From Camelus dromedarius (taxonomy: Eukaryota), in NCBI RefSeq assembly GCF_036321535.1, contig NC_087436.1, positions 88,848,001 to 88,912,000 of the forward strand: a stretch of DNA of 64,000 nt, given 5' to 3'. Shown in pieces: positions 1 through 13,000 of the stretch (its first letter is position 1; each line of letters opens with the position of its first letter). The notes under the pieces were generated by a model, which worked only from the letters and a program-made list of their open reading frames with translations, did no database searches and was not told the origin of the DNA. Made by a program: the position numbers and the translations under genes.

Positions 1-730
1 GGAGTGTGAAGGAGACAGCCAATTAAAAACTGAGACTGACATGCTTTTTTGTTTATTTTCACAAGCTCTTAATGGCTGTTTGGCTGGAAGTGCAGTAGCC
101 AGCCCTCCTCCCTTCCCCACCGGAGAGAACCGTTCAGATAGATAGCAGCCTGACCACCAAGACGCACGGTCATTTTGCTCACTCTACACTGATTAAATAT
201 ACGTGTATGTGTGTACATATGTATGTGTATATGTGTGTATGTGTATGTAGGTGTATACATGTACTGTTTGACTTTGCTTATCTCCCAGTCTGCCCTGGAA
301 CTCTTTCAGAATTATTTTTTTACTTCACCTTGACCTTGGGATGCAGAATTTTGAACAATGTCAGTGTTGTCTCAGACACGTGTATTTTATTAGAGTTTTG
401 GGGGTTGTCTGATGTGGAATGGCACTTACTGTAAGATTTTTAAAAAAGTTGAAACAGCAGCGTTAGCCCGTGTCCTAGTTAGGCGGGGAGTAACGGGCCT
501 ATGTTATCCTACTTTCTTTCTCTGTACTTAAAATATTTCAAGATTAAAAATATGTAATCACCCATTAAAAAAAGAGAAATTGTTGGAAGGACACTAGATA
601 ACTTGGGTCAGATGTATATTTAACCAATATTAATAGCGTGCTTGTGATGTCCCAGGCACTGGGATGGGTGCTGGGCACTTTAACGGCAAGGAAGGAAGAC
701 ATGAGTCTAGCCTTCCTGGAGACAACTGTT

Positions 731-2229
731 CAATGGGGGACACATACTGACATCTTCCCGCTTACATATTATGACTTTGGTTTTCTCTTTATGTTCTTCA
801 GATGCACTCAGTTTCCCAGGGTCTCACTGTCTCATCAGCTTCCTCATTCACCATAGGTTTTCTTGCCAGGTTCTCTCTGTATATATTCACCAAACATTTG
901 AACACCCTCTCTTCTGAGTACCAGGTACTGGGCTCGTCATTGGTCCCCATTCCTTCTGTGTTATTAAAAACAGTGTATATGCCTAACTTCCAGTTGAGAA
1001 TAAAGATGCTATTCCTTACTTTTCAAAGAGCTTCAGGGTGGTATGTGTGTACTTGGCTCTCTGGAAACATGGACAAGTAGCATCTCCTCTCGGAAAACTC
1101 TTCATGTGCTTGAAAATGTGATGAATTATTTAGAGACCTTTGTCACCGTCAGAGACCATTGCCATTTAGATTCTGGGGCACTGGGCAGCACTGTCTTTCT
1201 CTGGCTCCCTGCCAGTGGAGAATATGAGTTTGGAGAATTTGGATATTCTGTCTGGTGGAGTCAGCCTCTCACTGGAGTGGCTGGGAGGCTTGTCCTTGAA
1301 GACAGTGGTTCTTGCCATCCCATAAACTATTATATTACTTTCTAATGGTCCCTGAAGGTATACTGGGTGGGACCCAAGCATCAGTAGTTTCAGAATTCCC
1401 CAGGTGACATTTTGCAGCCAAGGTTGAGAGTCATTGCTTTAGTGGCCTATTCATGACTAGAATGCTGGGGGTAGTGACATTTCTGAAATTGGATGTGAGA
1501 AATATCTTTATGGTTTTCATGTTTTTTAATGGAGAAGTTCCATGCTTTATCTCAGATCCCCAGAAAGGCCTAAAAATTTTCTTTAAAAAGCCTAAATTAC
1601 ATGTTTCAGATGATTGTGTACTGACGGCTTGAAGTATCACAGTGTCACCACATCCACTCCAGCCCAGAATCTTTAAAACATTTGCACCCTGCTGGGAGGC
1701 AAAGTGCAGATATATCCTTGCCTTAGGGGTTAGGACCTGGACTGTTATTCCCCCTCACCGTGGTGTGGAGGGGCTGACCCACCACTTCCGTCGCGTAGTG
1801 TGCAGTGCGGACAGCTGGGAGATCCTGGTGGGGAGAGCAGCTCCTGGGCGTGTGTCTCTCCCCGCATCTCTGTGCCCTCACATGCCAGGGCTGTGTGAAG
1901 CCGGCATAACTGTTGTACCTCAAGGACCCTTGTGGTTTCCCATAGTGTCCCATGAACCCTTAGGTCTACATGTTTACTCTATACTTTTTTCTTCAACACT
2001 TATTTTTAATAGCACAGAAGAAATGGGACCAATGACTAGCCCAGTATCTGGCATGCAGAGGCAGGGGTGTTCAAAGATTTGTTAAATGTATCTGGAGAGA
2101 ACCTGGCAAGAACATCTATGGTGAATGAAGTAGCTGATTAGACAGTGAGACCCTTGGGAAAGAAGAACATAAAGAGAAAACCAAAGTCACATAAATGAGT
2201 GGGAAGATGGGAGTATGACTCCCCCACTG
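731..2229. repeat. Inverted repeat: arms ~731-976 and ~1996-2229, spacer ~1 kb
   Basis: The reverse complement of 1996-2229 aligns by eye to 731-976, for example the identical run tgactttggttttctctttatgttcttc. Confidence 0.9.
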
Positions 2230-3431
2230 CCATCGAAAAGTTATTTCTAGGAAGAAACGAACCTTTGAATAATTTCCCAGTGGCCTATCAATTTCCTTCC
2301 CTCCCTTTGCAATCTCTAGTTGGAAGGAACAAATGGTGTAAGGGTGTATTATAAAAACAAAAAAGCCAAACATAATGTTTAAGGGCTTTAGTTCTCGGGA
2401 GCAAATCATAGAAGAGAGGAATGATCTCTTTCTAAAAGCATTCCTAACTAACAAGTGAAAGATACATGATTGAATTAGAACACTTCATTTGGTAATGAAG
2501 TGAATTAACGGGTCAAGTCACTGATCATGGATGCGCAGCTGTAGACATCATGAAAAGCAATCAGGTAGATGTGTCTTCTGAGGAAAGAACAGGGTAGCAC
2601 CTCGAGTCTTGCCAAAGGGATGAAACCTAATCAACCCCCCGGATTCAGCTGCTGTTGGGAAACCAGGAGGATGGGGGATCGTGTTCAATCTCACCATGAG
2701 CGTGCAATCAGCAATATCCAACCAGCACATGCTGCAGGTCAAATCCCTGGTTTCTTCAATAGTTGAGAAAACATCAAGAGGTGGAAAGGGAACACAGACA
2801 CTGTAAGAGACTTGAAAGACAAAATAGGTTTTCAAAAATGGGTCATCCTAAACTGTGGTGTCTAGGGTGTGGTGTATACTCAGATAGTAAAACTATAAAG
2901 AAGAGTAAAGAAGGGATAACTCTGAAACTCAGTAGGTTCTTCGTAGGGGAAGGAGAAGTTGACATAAGACATTGTATATGGAGGGTGTCTGGGATGCTTG
3001 GCAAAGTTCAGTTTCTTGACCTGGGTTAACTACAAGGATGTTCACCTTGTAATATAGCTCTTCAAGTTATTAAAAATAATAATGATAAAGAGAGATTTAA
3101 AGTTTGATGCAAAAATGAATCTTGGAATCATATATATGCTAATGGATGTTGAAAGTGACGTCGTCCCATGTGAATAACCACCATAGTACATGATTTCCAA
3201 AGGCTTGAGGTATTACATCACGATAAAGATGTAATATCATTTAGTTAACAAACTGTCTTTAGGTTGAATTTAACAAATCTTGTTTCAGACTTTGAAAGGT
3301 GGTCTATCGTTCAGACTCCATCAGGATTAGTTTTTCAAGAGATATTTAATAAACCTTGTCTGTGTTCAGGATACCTTTCAAACTCTGAAAACGGCCCTGC
3401 AACAGCAAAACGTTCCCACATGTTTGTGATG

Positions 3432-3450
3432 CGATTGCCCTCTAGTGGCT
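3432..3450 (-). promoter_or_regulatory. Candidate CTCF binding motif
   Basis: The minus strand reads AGCCACTAGAGGGCAATCG, close to the CTCF core CCAC[CT]AG[AG][GT]GGC[AG]; motif match only. Confidence 0.55.
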
Positions 3451-3504
3451 GTTGTAAATCAGTCATGAGTGAGTCTAATGCTTAAGCTTAGGAAGTTTAT
3501 TGAT

Positions 3505-3725
3505 TGCAGATGCTAACTACTATATATAAAACAGATAAACAACAAGTTCATTCTGTATAGCACAGGGAACTATATTCAGTATCTTGTAGTAACCTATAAT
3601 GGAAATGAAGAAGAATTGAAAAGAAATATATGAATATGTATGACTAAAACATGCTGTACACCAGAAACTGACATGTTGTAAACTGACCATCCTAAAACTA
3701 AAACAAACAAACTCTGAAATTAAAA
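3505..3725 (+). mobile_element. Short LINE-1 3' end
   Basis: L1 3' UTR motif (tgtatagcacagggaactatattcagtatcttgtagtaacctataat) and an A-rich tail. TSD aagtttattgat (3493-3504) / aagtttactgat (3726-3737). Confidence 0.85.
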
Positions 3726-6038
3726 AAGTTTACTGATACCATAAATCATAGAATTTGAGGCTGCCAGATATCTTGAGATTTTATCTTGCTTAGCATTCTG
3801 AAGAATGCCTTTATGAAGGAACAAAACAAGATTCAATCAACCTTAACCACATTCACTTAAGATCTCAGAATGATATATGATCATAACTTACTCCTTTCAT
3901 CTCCCTTGACTCTAAACGCTTAAAGATTCTGTCTTATCCCAAATCAAAACTGATACATCCACCACATATCAAAAGAGAGAAAAGTTACCCATGTGATATG
4001 TCTACAAATCATCTCAATGGAATAAACCAACGAAAAGTAAAAACTTGATAGGGTGATTGAGGAAGAGAGAGAAAGAAAAGGTATATGCAGGGAAAAAAAG
4101 ACTACATCAAAATGTGTGTGAGTGATCCCAGTTTTTTTAAAATTATAAACATATTAAAGAAATTAGGAAAAATAGAGTTTGAACTGCATCTACTGATTTG
4201 TCATGATGGTCATGATAGGCAATTAAGCATCAAAAGCAAGTTGAAGAGGAACTGGAGTAGTACAATTCTACTTTGGCAAAAGCAAAGACGAATCTCTGCC
4301 TGTGTGTGTAAATGTTTGTATGTGTCAATATGAGCAAGTGAAAGGCATGGGAGGATTAAACCCACCTGTTTGCTTTGAGGGAAGTTAAGAGAAAAGGGGT
4401 GGGAAGGTAATGGGCTTTTCCTGTGTGCATCTTTGTATTGTTTTTATTGTTTTAAAGAATATGCATTTTTTGTGTGTAATCTGAAACCGAAACACCTTAA
4501 CATTATTCCTCTTTCACGAATGGAAGAAGTGACCAGCTGAGCCCATCCCACCCACACCTCCTCCATCTCTTTCTCTTCTCTCCACCCTGTCGGCATCCTC
4601 AGGACTGTGCACACTTTCCAGTGTTCCTTCTTCCCCAGTAAACTGAGTCTTATACACTTGGTGCAGGAGAGTTTTTAATCTGGCCAACGTCAGAGTTCAT
4701 CAGCAACACCTCCGCAAAGCCCTCAGATTCTTTAAATTGAGAAATAGTCCCAGAGATGTTTTAATATTTCACTGCAGTCCTTCTTGCTAATCAGCTTGCC
4801 TGCGTACCGCTTCTTAGTCAAGTCATTAAATTCAATTTGAATAATTAGTCTTAAAAAGGTGTGAAGTCTTCGGTGGGCTTGATTCCCCCAAGCCACTCCT
4901 TTGATTACTTCTGTTCGCCCGGAATGTGGCGCATCTTCCGCAGACAGAGAGGCAGCTGGAAGCCTTTGTACTGCAAGACCTACTCAAACCCCACTTACCC
5001 TGGGAAGGCTCCACCAGCTGCTCTCGCCCACCTCGTCGCCCTGGACTCAGCATTTTGTTCAATACGGCTAATCCTGGCCTGTTCACGTTATGCCGTGGCT
5101 ACCTCATCTGTGTCTTTCTTCTCTGAAGACTTAGAGTACTTTAATGGCAGGGGCTCTATTCTTCAATATTTTTACATTTGAAATGTTTTTACATTGCTGA
5201 CTCTCCCCCAACCCCTTCCTTCCTTAATTCTCGCACTGTGTTAGATGTAGGCTTTGAGATCAAGATATAAAGTCTCATTTCACAAAAATCTCAGAATTCG
5301 GTGGGGGTGGGCAAGTAAGTCAGTCAAGAATAGAGCAGAGGGCAATGTGCATGGCAGGTGACTCTGTGGCTCTCAGCAGAGATTCCTGTTGGGAGTGGGC
5401 GGGGATGGGTGGTTGGCCAGGAAGGCTTCCTGGAAGTGGTGTTTGTGCTGAGTGCTACAGACAGAGGATGAATTTGCTTGATGGGGAGGATGTAAAAGAT
5501 GATTCCAGGCAGTAGGTGCTCTATTCACTTGGCAGCTAGAAGCATGATTGTGTTTGAAGGGTGTTTACAAGTGTGTGAAGGGAAGAAGGGGATAAAAGAG
5601 AAGCTCACAGGGCCCACAAAGGCATGCAATTCTTAAAACGTCTGGTGTTACTAAGAATATACTGCTGGTGAGATAGTCACTGGTGATGAGGCTGGAAAGT
5701 TGGGCTATGGTTTGGAGTATGAAATAGCCTTGGATGCCAAGATAAAGGGTGAGGAATCATCTCACTGGCAATGGATAGCAAATGGACCTCCGCCTCCTCT
5801 TGCCCTTAAATCATGTAGCATTATACACTGAACAATAATAAAACATGTATTAGAAAGTCATATAATTGCTTATTTAGCCAAGCTCATTGATTTTTTTAAT
5901 GAATATCACTTCCATGACTATATTATTTTTATTTGCCTTTTTAATGTATAAGGGTTCTTTACATTTTCTAGATTATATGTACATATACTTTTCACTCTCT
6001 TCTTCTTTTTTTTCTTTTAGGTAAACAGATGTTCTTAA

Positions 6039-6462
6039 ATTTCTTAAATTGAAGTATAATTGATATATTACATTACCTAACTTTCAGGTACACAACATTA
6101 TAATTTGATTATCTGTAAACACTACAGAGTGATCACCACCAAAAGTCTAATTCACATCTGTTACCATATAATTAGTCCCCTTCACTCATTTAGCCAACTC
6201 CTTAATCCCCTACCAGCTTCCCCTCTGGTAACCACTAATCTGTTTTCTGTATCTATGAGTTTGTTTCTGTTTTGTTTTGTTTTTTTTTGATTTTCTTTTT
6301 ATTTGATTCCACATATGAGTAAAATCATACAATATTTGTCTTTCTCCATCTGTCTTATTTTGCTTAGTGTAATTCCCTCAAAGTCCATCCATGTTGTTAT
6401 AAATGGCAAGATTTCATTCTTTTTTATGGCTGAGTAGTAGTCCATTGTGTATATATACTGGT
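6039..6462 (-). mobile_element. LINE-1 3' end fragment
   Basis: Antisense L1 3' UTR and ORF2 end. TSD gatgttcttaa at 6028-6038 and 6463-6473. Confidence 0.85.
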
Positions 6463-6489
6463 GATGTTCTTAATTTTAGTGAGGTCCAG

Positions 6490-6643
6490 TTTATTTTATT
6501 TTATTATTTTTTAATTGAGGTATAGTCAGTTTAATGTTTTGTTAGTTTGTGGGGTACAACATAGTGATTCAATTATACATAAATATATTTCTTTTCTTAT
6601 TCTTTTTCATTGTAAGCTATTGCAAGGTATTGAATATAGTTCA
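6490..6643 (-). mobile_element. Short LINE-1 3' tail, ~130 bp upstream of the exon at 6774
   Basis: ttttaattgaggtatagtcagttt...tattgaatatagtt resembles the tails of the larger L1s in the window. Confidence 0.75.
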
Positions 6644-6773
6644 TTCTTATCTTAGCTACTTTAAAGAAAGAGGGTAAGATAGACTTTAATTTTGTAAGCT
6701 TTTAAGAAATTGTCTTACATGTGAAATTAAACAATTATGTAATATGTATATCTGTATGTGTGTTTTTTGTTAG

Positions 6774-7005
6774 GTCAGTGTGAGACAATTACGTTGGAAC
6801 TCTGCATGAATTTGCCCTACAACCATACAAGTTATCCAAATTACCTTGGCCACAGGACACAAAAGGAAGCATCCATCAGCTGGGAGTCCTCTCTCTTCCC
6901 TGCACTTGTTCAGACCAACTGTTACAAATACCTCATGTTCTTCGCTTGCACCATCTTGGTACCAAAGTGTGACGTGAATACAAGCCAGCGTATCCCCCCT
7001 TGCAG
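6774..7005 (+). CDS. CORIN: CORIN exon (probably 11), Frizzled-2 domain N-terminal part
   Basis: tgttag|GTCAGTGT...TGCAG|gtagta; encodes [76 protein letters not shown]. Confidence 0.97.
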
Positions 7006-10000
7006 GTAGTACATTGGGGTCTCCCCCCAAGCATCCTCATTTTCCCTCAGGGAGAACCAAGGGAATGAAGACTTAGTCTGAGTTTTGACAAAATACGTAT
7101 TTTGCTAACGAGCTCTGTGTTTAACAAATCATGTATTTAAAAGACAAAGAAGTAGGAATTCTACCATGAATATCTGAGAGAGAATCACGAACTGCCTTTC
7201 GTAATGGTTCATGGCCTTTAGTCAAGTAAAATCACACATTTCATTTTGGTGGATCAAGAAGTGTTTTTTAAAATGTGAGTCAGGAGAAGATGGTGTGTCT
7301 CTTTCTCCAGCAATGGGGATGTGTTTCAAATGCTGCCTTCTGATGGCATCAAAAATCAGGAGACGCTGCACAGAGAGTGGTCCGAAGGAGCCTCACAGGT
7401 TGGGCAGGGGATGGACATTGCTGTTTTTCTACCTGCTTGGATGAAATACAGGACAGCATGTCAAGAGTGTGGCTTGGACTTAGGATATGAGGGATGTCCT
7501 GCGGGTTAAGAGTATTACTCTGAAGTCCACCTCTTGATTCAAGTCCTGGCTCTCCTGCAGCTGCTTGTAGCCTGAGACAGGTTCCTCGATTCTTCCAGCC
7601 TCAGTTCCCTTACCTGTAAGATCCGGATAGTGATGGCTGTTGAGTTGGGTGGTTGTGAGACTCAATGAATGTACATCAATGTAAAGTGCTTCTGACTGAT
7701 AGTAAGCCCACACTGAACGGAGCTCCAGGGATAGGACAGGAGCACAGCTAACTGCCTGTGGCGGTGTGGTCCCTCTTCTGTGCCGCAGGGAGGGGTTGTA
7801 GTCAGGGGACGTGCCTGTGTGCAGGGTGGGGGCCCTTCTTCTCAGGGCTGCTTTCCATCATGGGGTGAAAAATCAGATGTGCCTGCCTAAATGTGAGTGG
7901 GAACTATGGAAACCATGTGTTGGGATCAGAAGTCACTCTGAGCTTTAAGAGCGAGCAATAATATCACTAGAGTGGACAGACAGGAAAATAATAAATTATA
8001 CACCAAATAGCAAATGGACGACGAGGCAGGGGCATCTGTAGAGTTGGGACAGGAAACAATAAAATTTCAAAATGACTTGGGGAATGGGACAAATTATACA
8101 AATGGAGAGAGTCAAACTTCATGTTGGCTAGTGCGAACATAATTCTGGAAATTGCTGTTAAATGCTTCTTAAAGTATCACTAATAAAGCATCTACCGATT
8201 TTATGTTAACAAGTTATTTATAAATCTTATTCCACTTTCGCTGAGCAAGGTGGATGATAGTGAATAATTACTTTTGATAGTACTTAACACAGTCTTGTAT
8301 TTGACTTTCTTTTCAAATGTATAGAAAAACTTCCCTAATGCGGTGTTCTCTGGAACAAATTTACATCCACATAAGACTGATAATTTTAGGACTTAAGTTT
8401 CATATTAAAATGCCTACGGTGAGACTGGTCCTGACATGTTACTCAGTCAACATTTTGGTGAACATCGTCTGGATGTTTGCTTCTTAGGTTGACACATACA
8501 TCTTTCATTTTCAGTGACTATCAAGATGAACTTTACATTTTGATATTTGTTTATAAGAAAAAGTTTTTGTACTATGGCAAGAATAATAGACCAATATGTT
8601 CCTGGAGTAGTACATAGTTGCTTTTGTCGTGCTTGTTTGTGGATCTTAAAGTTCAGTTTTTATGTTATGAGTTGGAAAACTCTAACACGATTGAGCCCTT
8701 ACAACGTGCGAAATACTTCAGGGTGGTTCTCATCCTCAAAATAACCTTTGGAGAGAGGCCCCTGCCGTTTGGACCGTGGTCCCTGTGGCTGAGCACCACA
8801 CAGGTTATGATAAGAATAAGTCCCATGGCATTGTAATGCTGCATATTGTATTTCCATCTTATAAGGAAAAAAAAAAGTGGTAGAGTCAGCACTATATGGT
8901 CTTCCATTTAAATTAGGTATCTTCTGATTAATTTAAAATATCAGCAATTGAGTTATATATATTTAAAAAATAAATCTGCAACAAAACGATTCAGTCCAAC
9001 AGAATTATTGAACACTATCAAACTTCCTATTTTTGCAAACCTAATAGGGGAACACCATGGCTTCGTCTTTGCCCCAAATTCCTAGGCTAAACCAGTGTCA
9101 AGTTATGCTCTGTCTTAACTTAACTCTAGACAGACTTAAATCTAGATGGGGCTTTCTCTGAAACATCTCCATTCAATTGATAACCATTCCTTACCTTGTT
9201 AAAATTAACTTAATAGTTTAAAGTTTGGGACTTTGAAGAAATGAGAATGTATTTAAAAGGAAATAAGAAATTTAACTAGAAACTTACTTTGATTGCATCT
9301 ACTTAAAATTTTTAACTACTTTCTTGGTTAACTATTGAGGTCAAATTATGGGGTTTTTTCCCCCATAGGAAGTAAAGGCATCTTCTTTGAGACATGCTAA
9401 TACCCTCAATTTTAAAATATTCTGGGTACCAACAAGATAACACACCTGAAAGCACCTGATACAATGCTTAGCGTATTTTTTCTTTAACAAAACCCCACAG
9501 GCTCTATTTTTACCAACTTGAGCTCAACATGGATGGGTTTGAAAGAAGTACCAAGTTTTTCAACAATGCTGGTTGTAAGCTGAAGTAATGTCTTAGTTAA
9601 GCCAGGTTGGCACATGCAATGGCTCATATGATGGGGCCCAGGAAGCTGAGGTTGAGGGTGTTGTGTAGAATTCGCAACTCTTGTCGGCAGACTGTCCAAA
9701 GTGATTGAAATAAAAACACTGGAGAATGTGTCTGCCTGAAGGACAGAAAAGAAAACAAGAAAGGTAATCTGGAGGGGGGAACCTGTGTCCTGGGAGCAGC
9801 TCTATTTCCGTTTCTGTAATGGAGCCTCTGTTGGAGGAAGGATGTTTCTGGGATGTATCCCCTTTGTAGTGATGTAACTCATTTTGGTTTCCTAAGTGTC
9901 TATGATGTACATATGCATCCATGTACATATTGGTACACACACCCAGCATACACACATCACATATACACACCGACCCACACAGAATTACAACCCTACATGG

Positions 10001-13000
10001 ATGCCTAACATATGTCTCAGGTGTAGCTATTTCTACTTGTAATGTTTTGTCTTTCTTGCTCTTTTAGAACTCTGTGTGAGCATTCCAAAGAACGCTGTGA
10101 GTCTGTTCTTGGGATCGTGGGCCTCCAGTGGCCGGAAGACACAGATTGCAATCAATTTCCAGAGGAAAATTCAGACAATCAAACCTGCCTCATGCCTGAC
10201 GAAGATGTGGAAGGTTAATTTTTTAAGTTAATTGCGGGGGGGCGGGGCGGATATCTAGGATATCTAACATGGATGAATATATCGGCTGCCTTTAGAAGTT
10301 TCTCTGTTGTTGTTTTTATTTAGTTACCAATAGAAAGGCTACCTAGGTGGTGAATCTATAAACTTCATTACATTGAAGAAGCTGATGTTAGACATGTTAG
10401 ATCTGTTAGACATTGCCTTCATTTTGAAAGTAAATTGCAGTCACTTCTCGGCCTTTTGGCTAAGATCATGTGTAGTATCTGCTCTTACAGTTTCATATCT
10501 GATATGTCTCTATCTGAGGACAACATGTTACATGGATTTCTGGAGCAGGGAGTTGGAATAGGAGCTTGCCCCGTCCACTCCATGCAGCGACCTGGTAGTA
10601 CAGCACTCGCAGGAATGGTGCACCCCTTCAGGGAAATAAAGCTGTTACCAAAAAAATAAATAAGTAAAAAGTAAACTGTAGAGATGACTTTACTATTCCA
10701 GGTATTTATTTTAAACACAGTTAACTCCCAGGGCCCATTAGCTATGGATGCTGCTGTTACATTAAGGGTTCTGAAGGTAATGGTGAAGATCAAGCCTTGA
10801 TTCCTTCAAGTGCAAAGCATTCAGTGACTTTGGCAATGTAGGATGATCAGGTGGAGAAATGGAATCAAGGACCTGCCCACCAGGTAGAAAGATTAGGAAA
10901 GGAAGCAATTTGACACATTGAAGGAAAGGCAGCTGAGTAGTTAGAAGCACTGACTTTATGGGCCATTTCAGGCTCCAACAATTGTTAGGTTGTCCATTCA
11001 GAAAAAGAGTTAATTGCTGGCAAGCATAAAGACACAAAACAGCTGATCTGGAGAGATGATTCCAAGGATGAAGGGCAAAGAAGCTGTTAAGCAGACAGAA
11101 GAAAGTCAAGTTCACTTTGGCTGTTTCAGTTTTGCGAGGACCGTCCTTGTCTTCAGTGATAATGTCTCCATATCATCCCACTTGCAAATGGATAAATTAG
11201 CTGGTCTGGGGTTTTTGTCTGTTGACAGTAATATGGCCCACTGTTTATAACAGAATGCTCACCTAGTCACTTTAAGTGTGGCTCAGGACGGTGTGTGCTG
11301 GCTTCCAGAAGATGTGATGGCCAGGCTGACTGTGATGATGACAGTGATGAAGAAAACTGTGGTATGTATGTGAGATGGCACTTTTCTGGAACGTACAATA
11401 ATAACTGGTTTTAGGACAAAGGGCTGTGATAAAATATATCAGATATTCCCTGATAGTTGTAAATAGTGAGTAGGATTGAATGCTAAGGCATTTACTTCTT
11501 AAATTATCAAATGGCAAGGCATGCATTTAAAAGTGTTCTTCCTGTTAATTCTATTGCTTTTCCCTAAATTATCTTCTGTTTATAATCTTGATGACATATA
11601 GGCAAACCCTTAGTAAAAGAAGCTCTTCACAAGTCTAAGGGGTTATTTTCACTAGGAGATTATAAAGCAGTTGTCATCTGTTTGAAGGTCAGTATAATAA
11701 TGTCTTTGCATATAATTCCCTTGTTATTAAATAGGCATATGGATACACAAAGACAGAGTTCAGGTGCCAAAGTTCAAATTCAATTGGGGTTTATTTTCAC
11801 GTCCTCTCTGATCTTGTCTCTGTCAGAAAAGGATAAAACTCTCCCTGACGTTTCTGCCTTTGAGCTTCAAGATCACCAGTGGGAAGGCAAGAAGTGGTGA
11901 TTTCAGTGGAGCTAATTCCCATCTTATTTCCCTACAAGCCTTTGTACTTCTAACTTCAAAGTGTGTCAGGGAATAGAAAACAGACAGTGCTCTTTACTGC
12001 ACGATGTTTTGGAGTGAAGCAAAGTGACTGAAGAGCAAGCCAAAAAATAGTTTGGTTACAATTATTTAGCGTGTTCTGCTTAAAAAAAAAGGACATTTTT
12101 TTTTTTTGCCACTGAAAGCACATAAGGCAATGCATCTTTTGAAATCATTTTATTCTTTTGGCCTTTGAGGTATGAAGTATTGCCTGGCTCCCCAAAATGA
12201 AATTTTCTACAGTAGCCATTGCCCTTCTGGTCTAGACAGAATGTCACAAGCAATCAGCTGAAATCCTATCAGTGACTATAAATACAGACAAGTGTATCTT
12301 CTGGAAAATTAGAGCCGTCAGAATGATGGTGCACTGACCGGGGTAATTTCATTAGGGAGGAATATGCAGTGTTTTGAGAAGCTATCACTGTTTGCTTGTT
12401 TGTGGTTTTCACATAAAGAAACAAATCAAAACTCATTGAATATCCCTTATACGGGTGATTTATTGAGAATCTATTGGATTTCTTCACTAAATCATAGCTT
12501 TGGTATTCTGAGATGCAACTTAAAATTATCTTAGATTGTTCAGAGGGGTTACATGTTACTCTGTTGAGGTGGCTAGACCTATTTGAGCAATGTGAAAACT
12601 TAGTTTCAAAAAGAGCTATATGAAGATTAAATGGTCTGAGTTCTAATTTTGCAAAAAAGAAATTTAAAGCACTGTAGGGTACAAATGATCCGAAAATGTC
12701 AGGTTTCTAATTAAGTAATGAGTTTCTGTTGGGACTCGACTATCACAATTAAAGGCACAGCAGACCAATAGAATAAATGGTCTAATATTCATCAAACACT
12801 CAGAATATGGATGACGCCATTGAGAGCTCTGGTTAAGGAAGGTTAAAAGTCAGTAATAAATCTGAAGCATTAATTGCCCCAACAGTATTAATTTATGAGA
12901 AAACTCTCATTAACTTTTCCAAAGTGACTGATAATAGACATTTTGTGTATAATCACCTTTGGGGCATGTGCACAGTTTCAAATGGGCGTGTCCCAGGCTC

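Noticed and set aside
10441..10625. Functional U2 snRNA gene
   Set aside because: Many substitutions including an altered Sm site (gatttctgg), plus a TSD and A-tail and no recognisable promoter.
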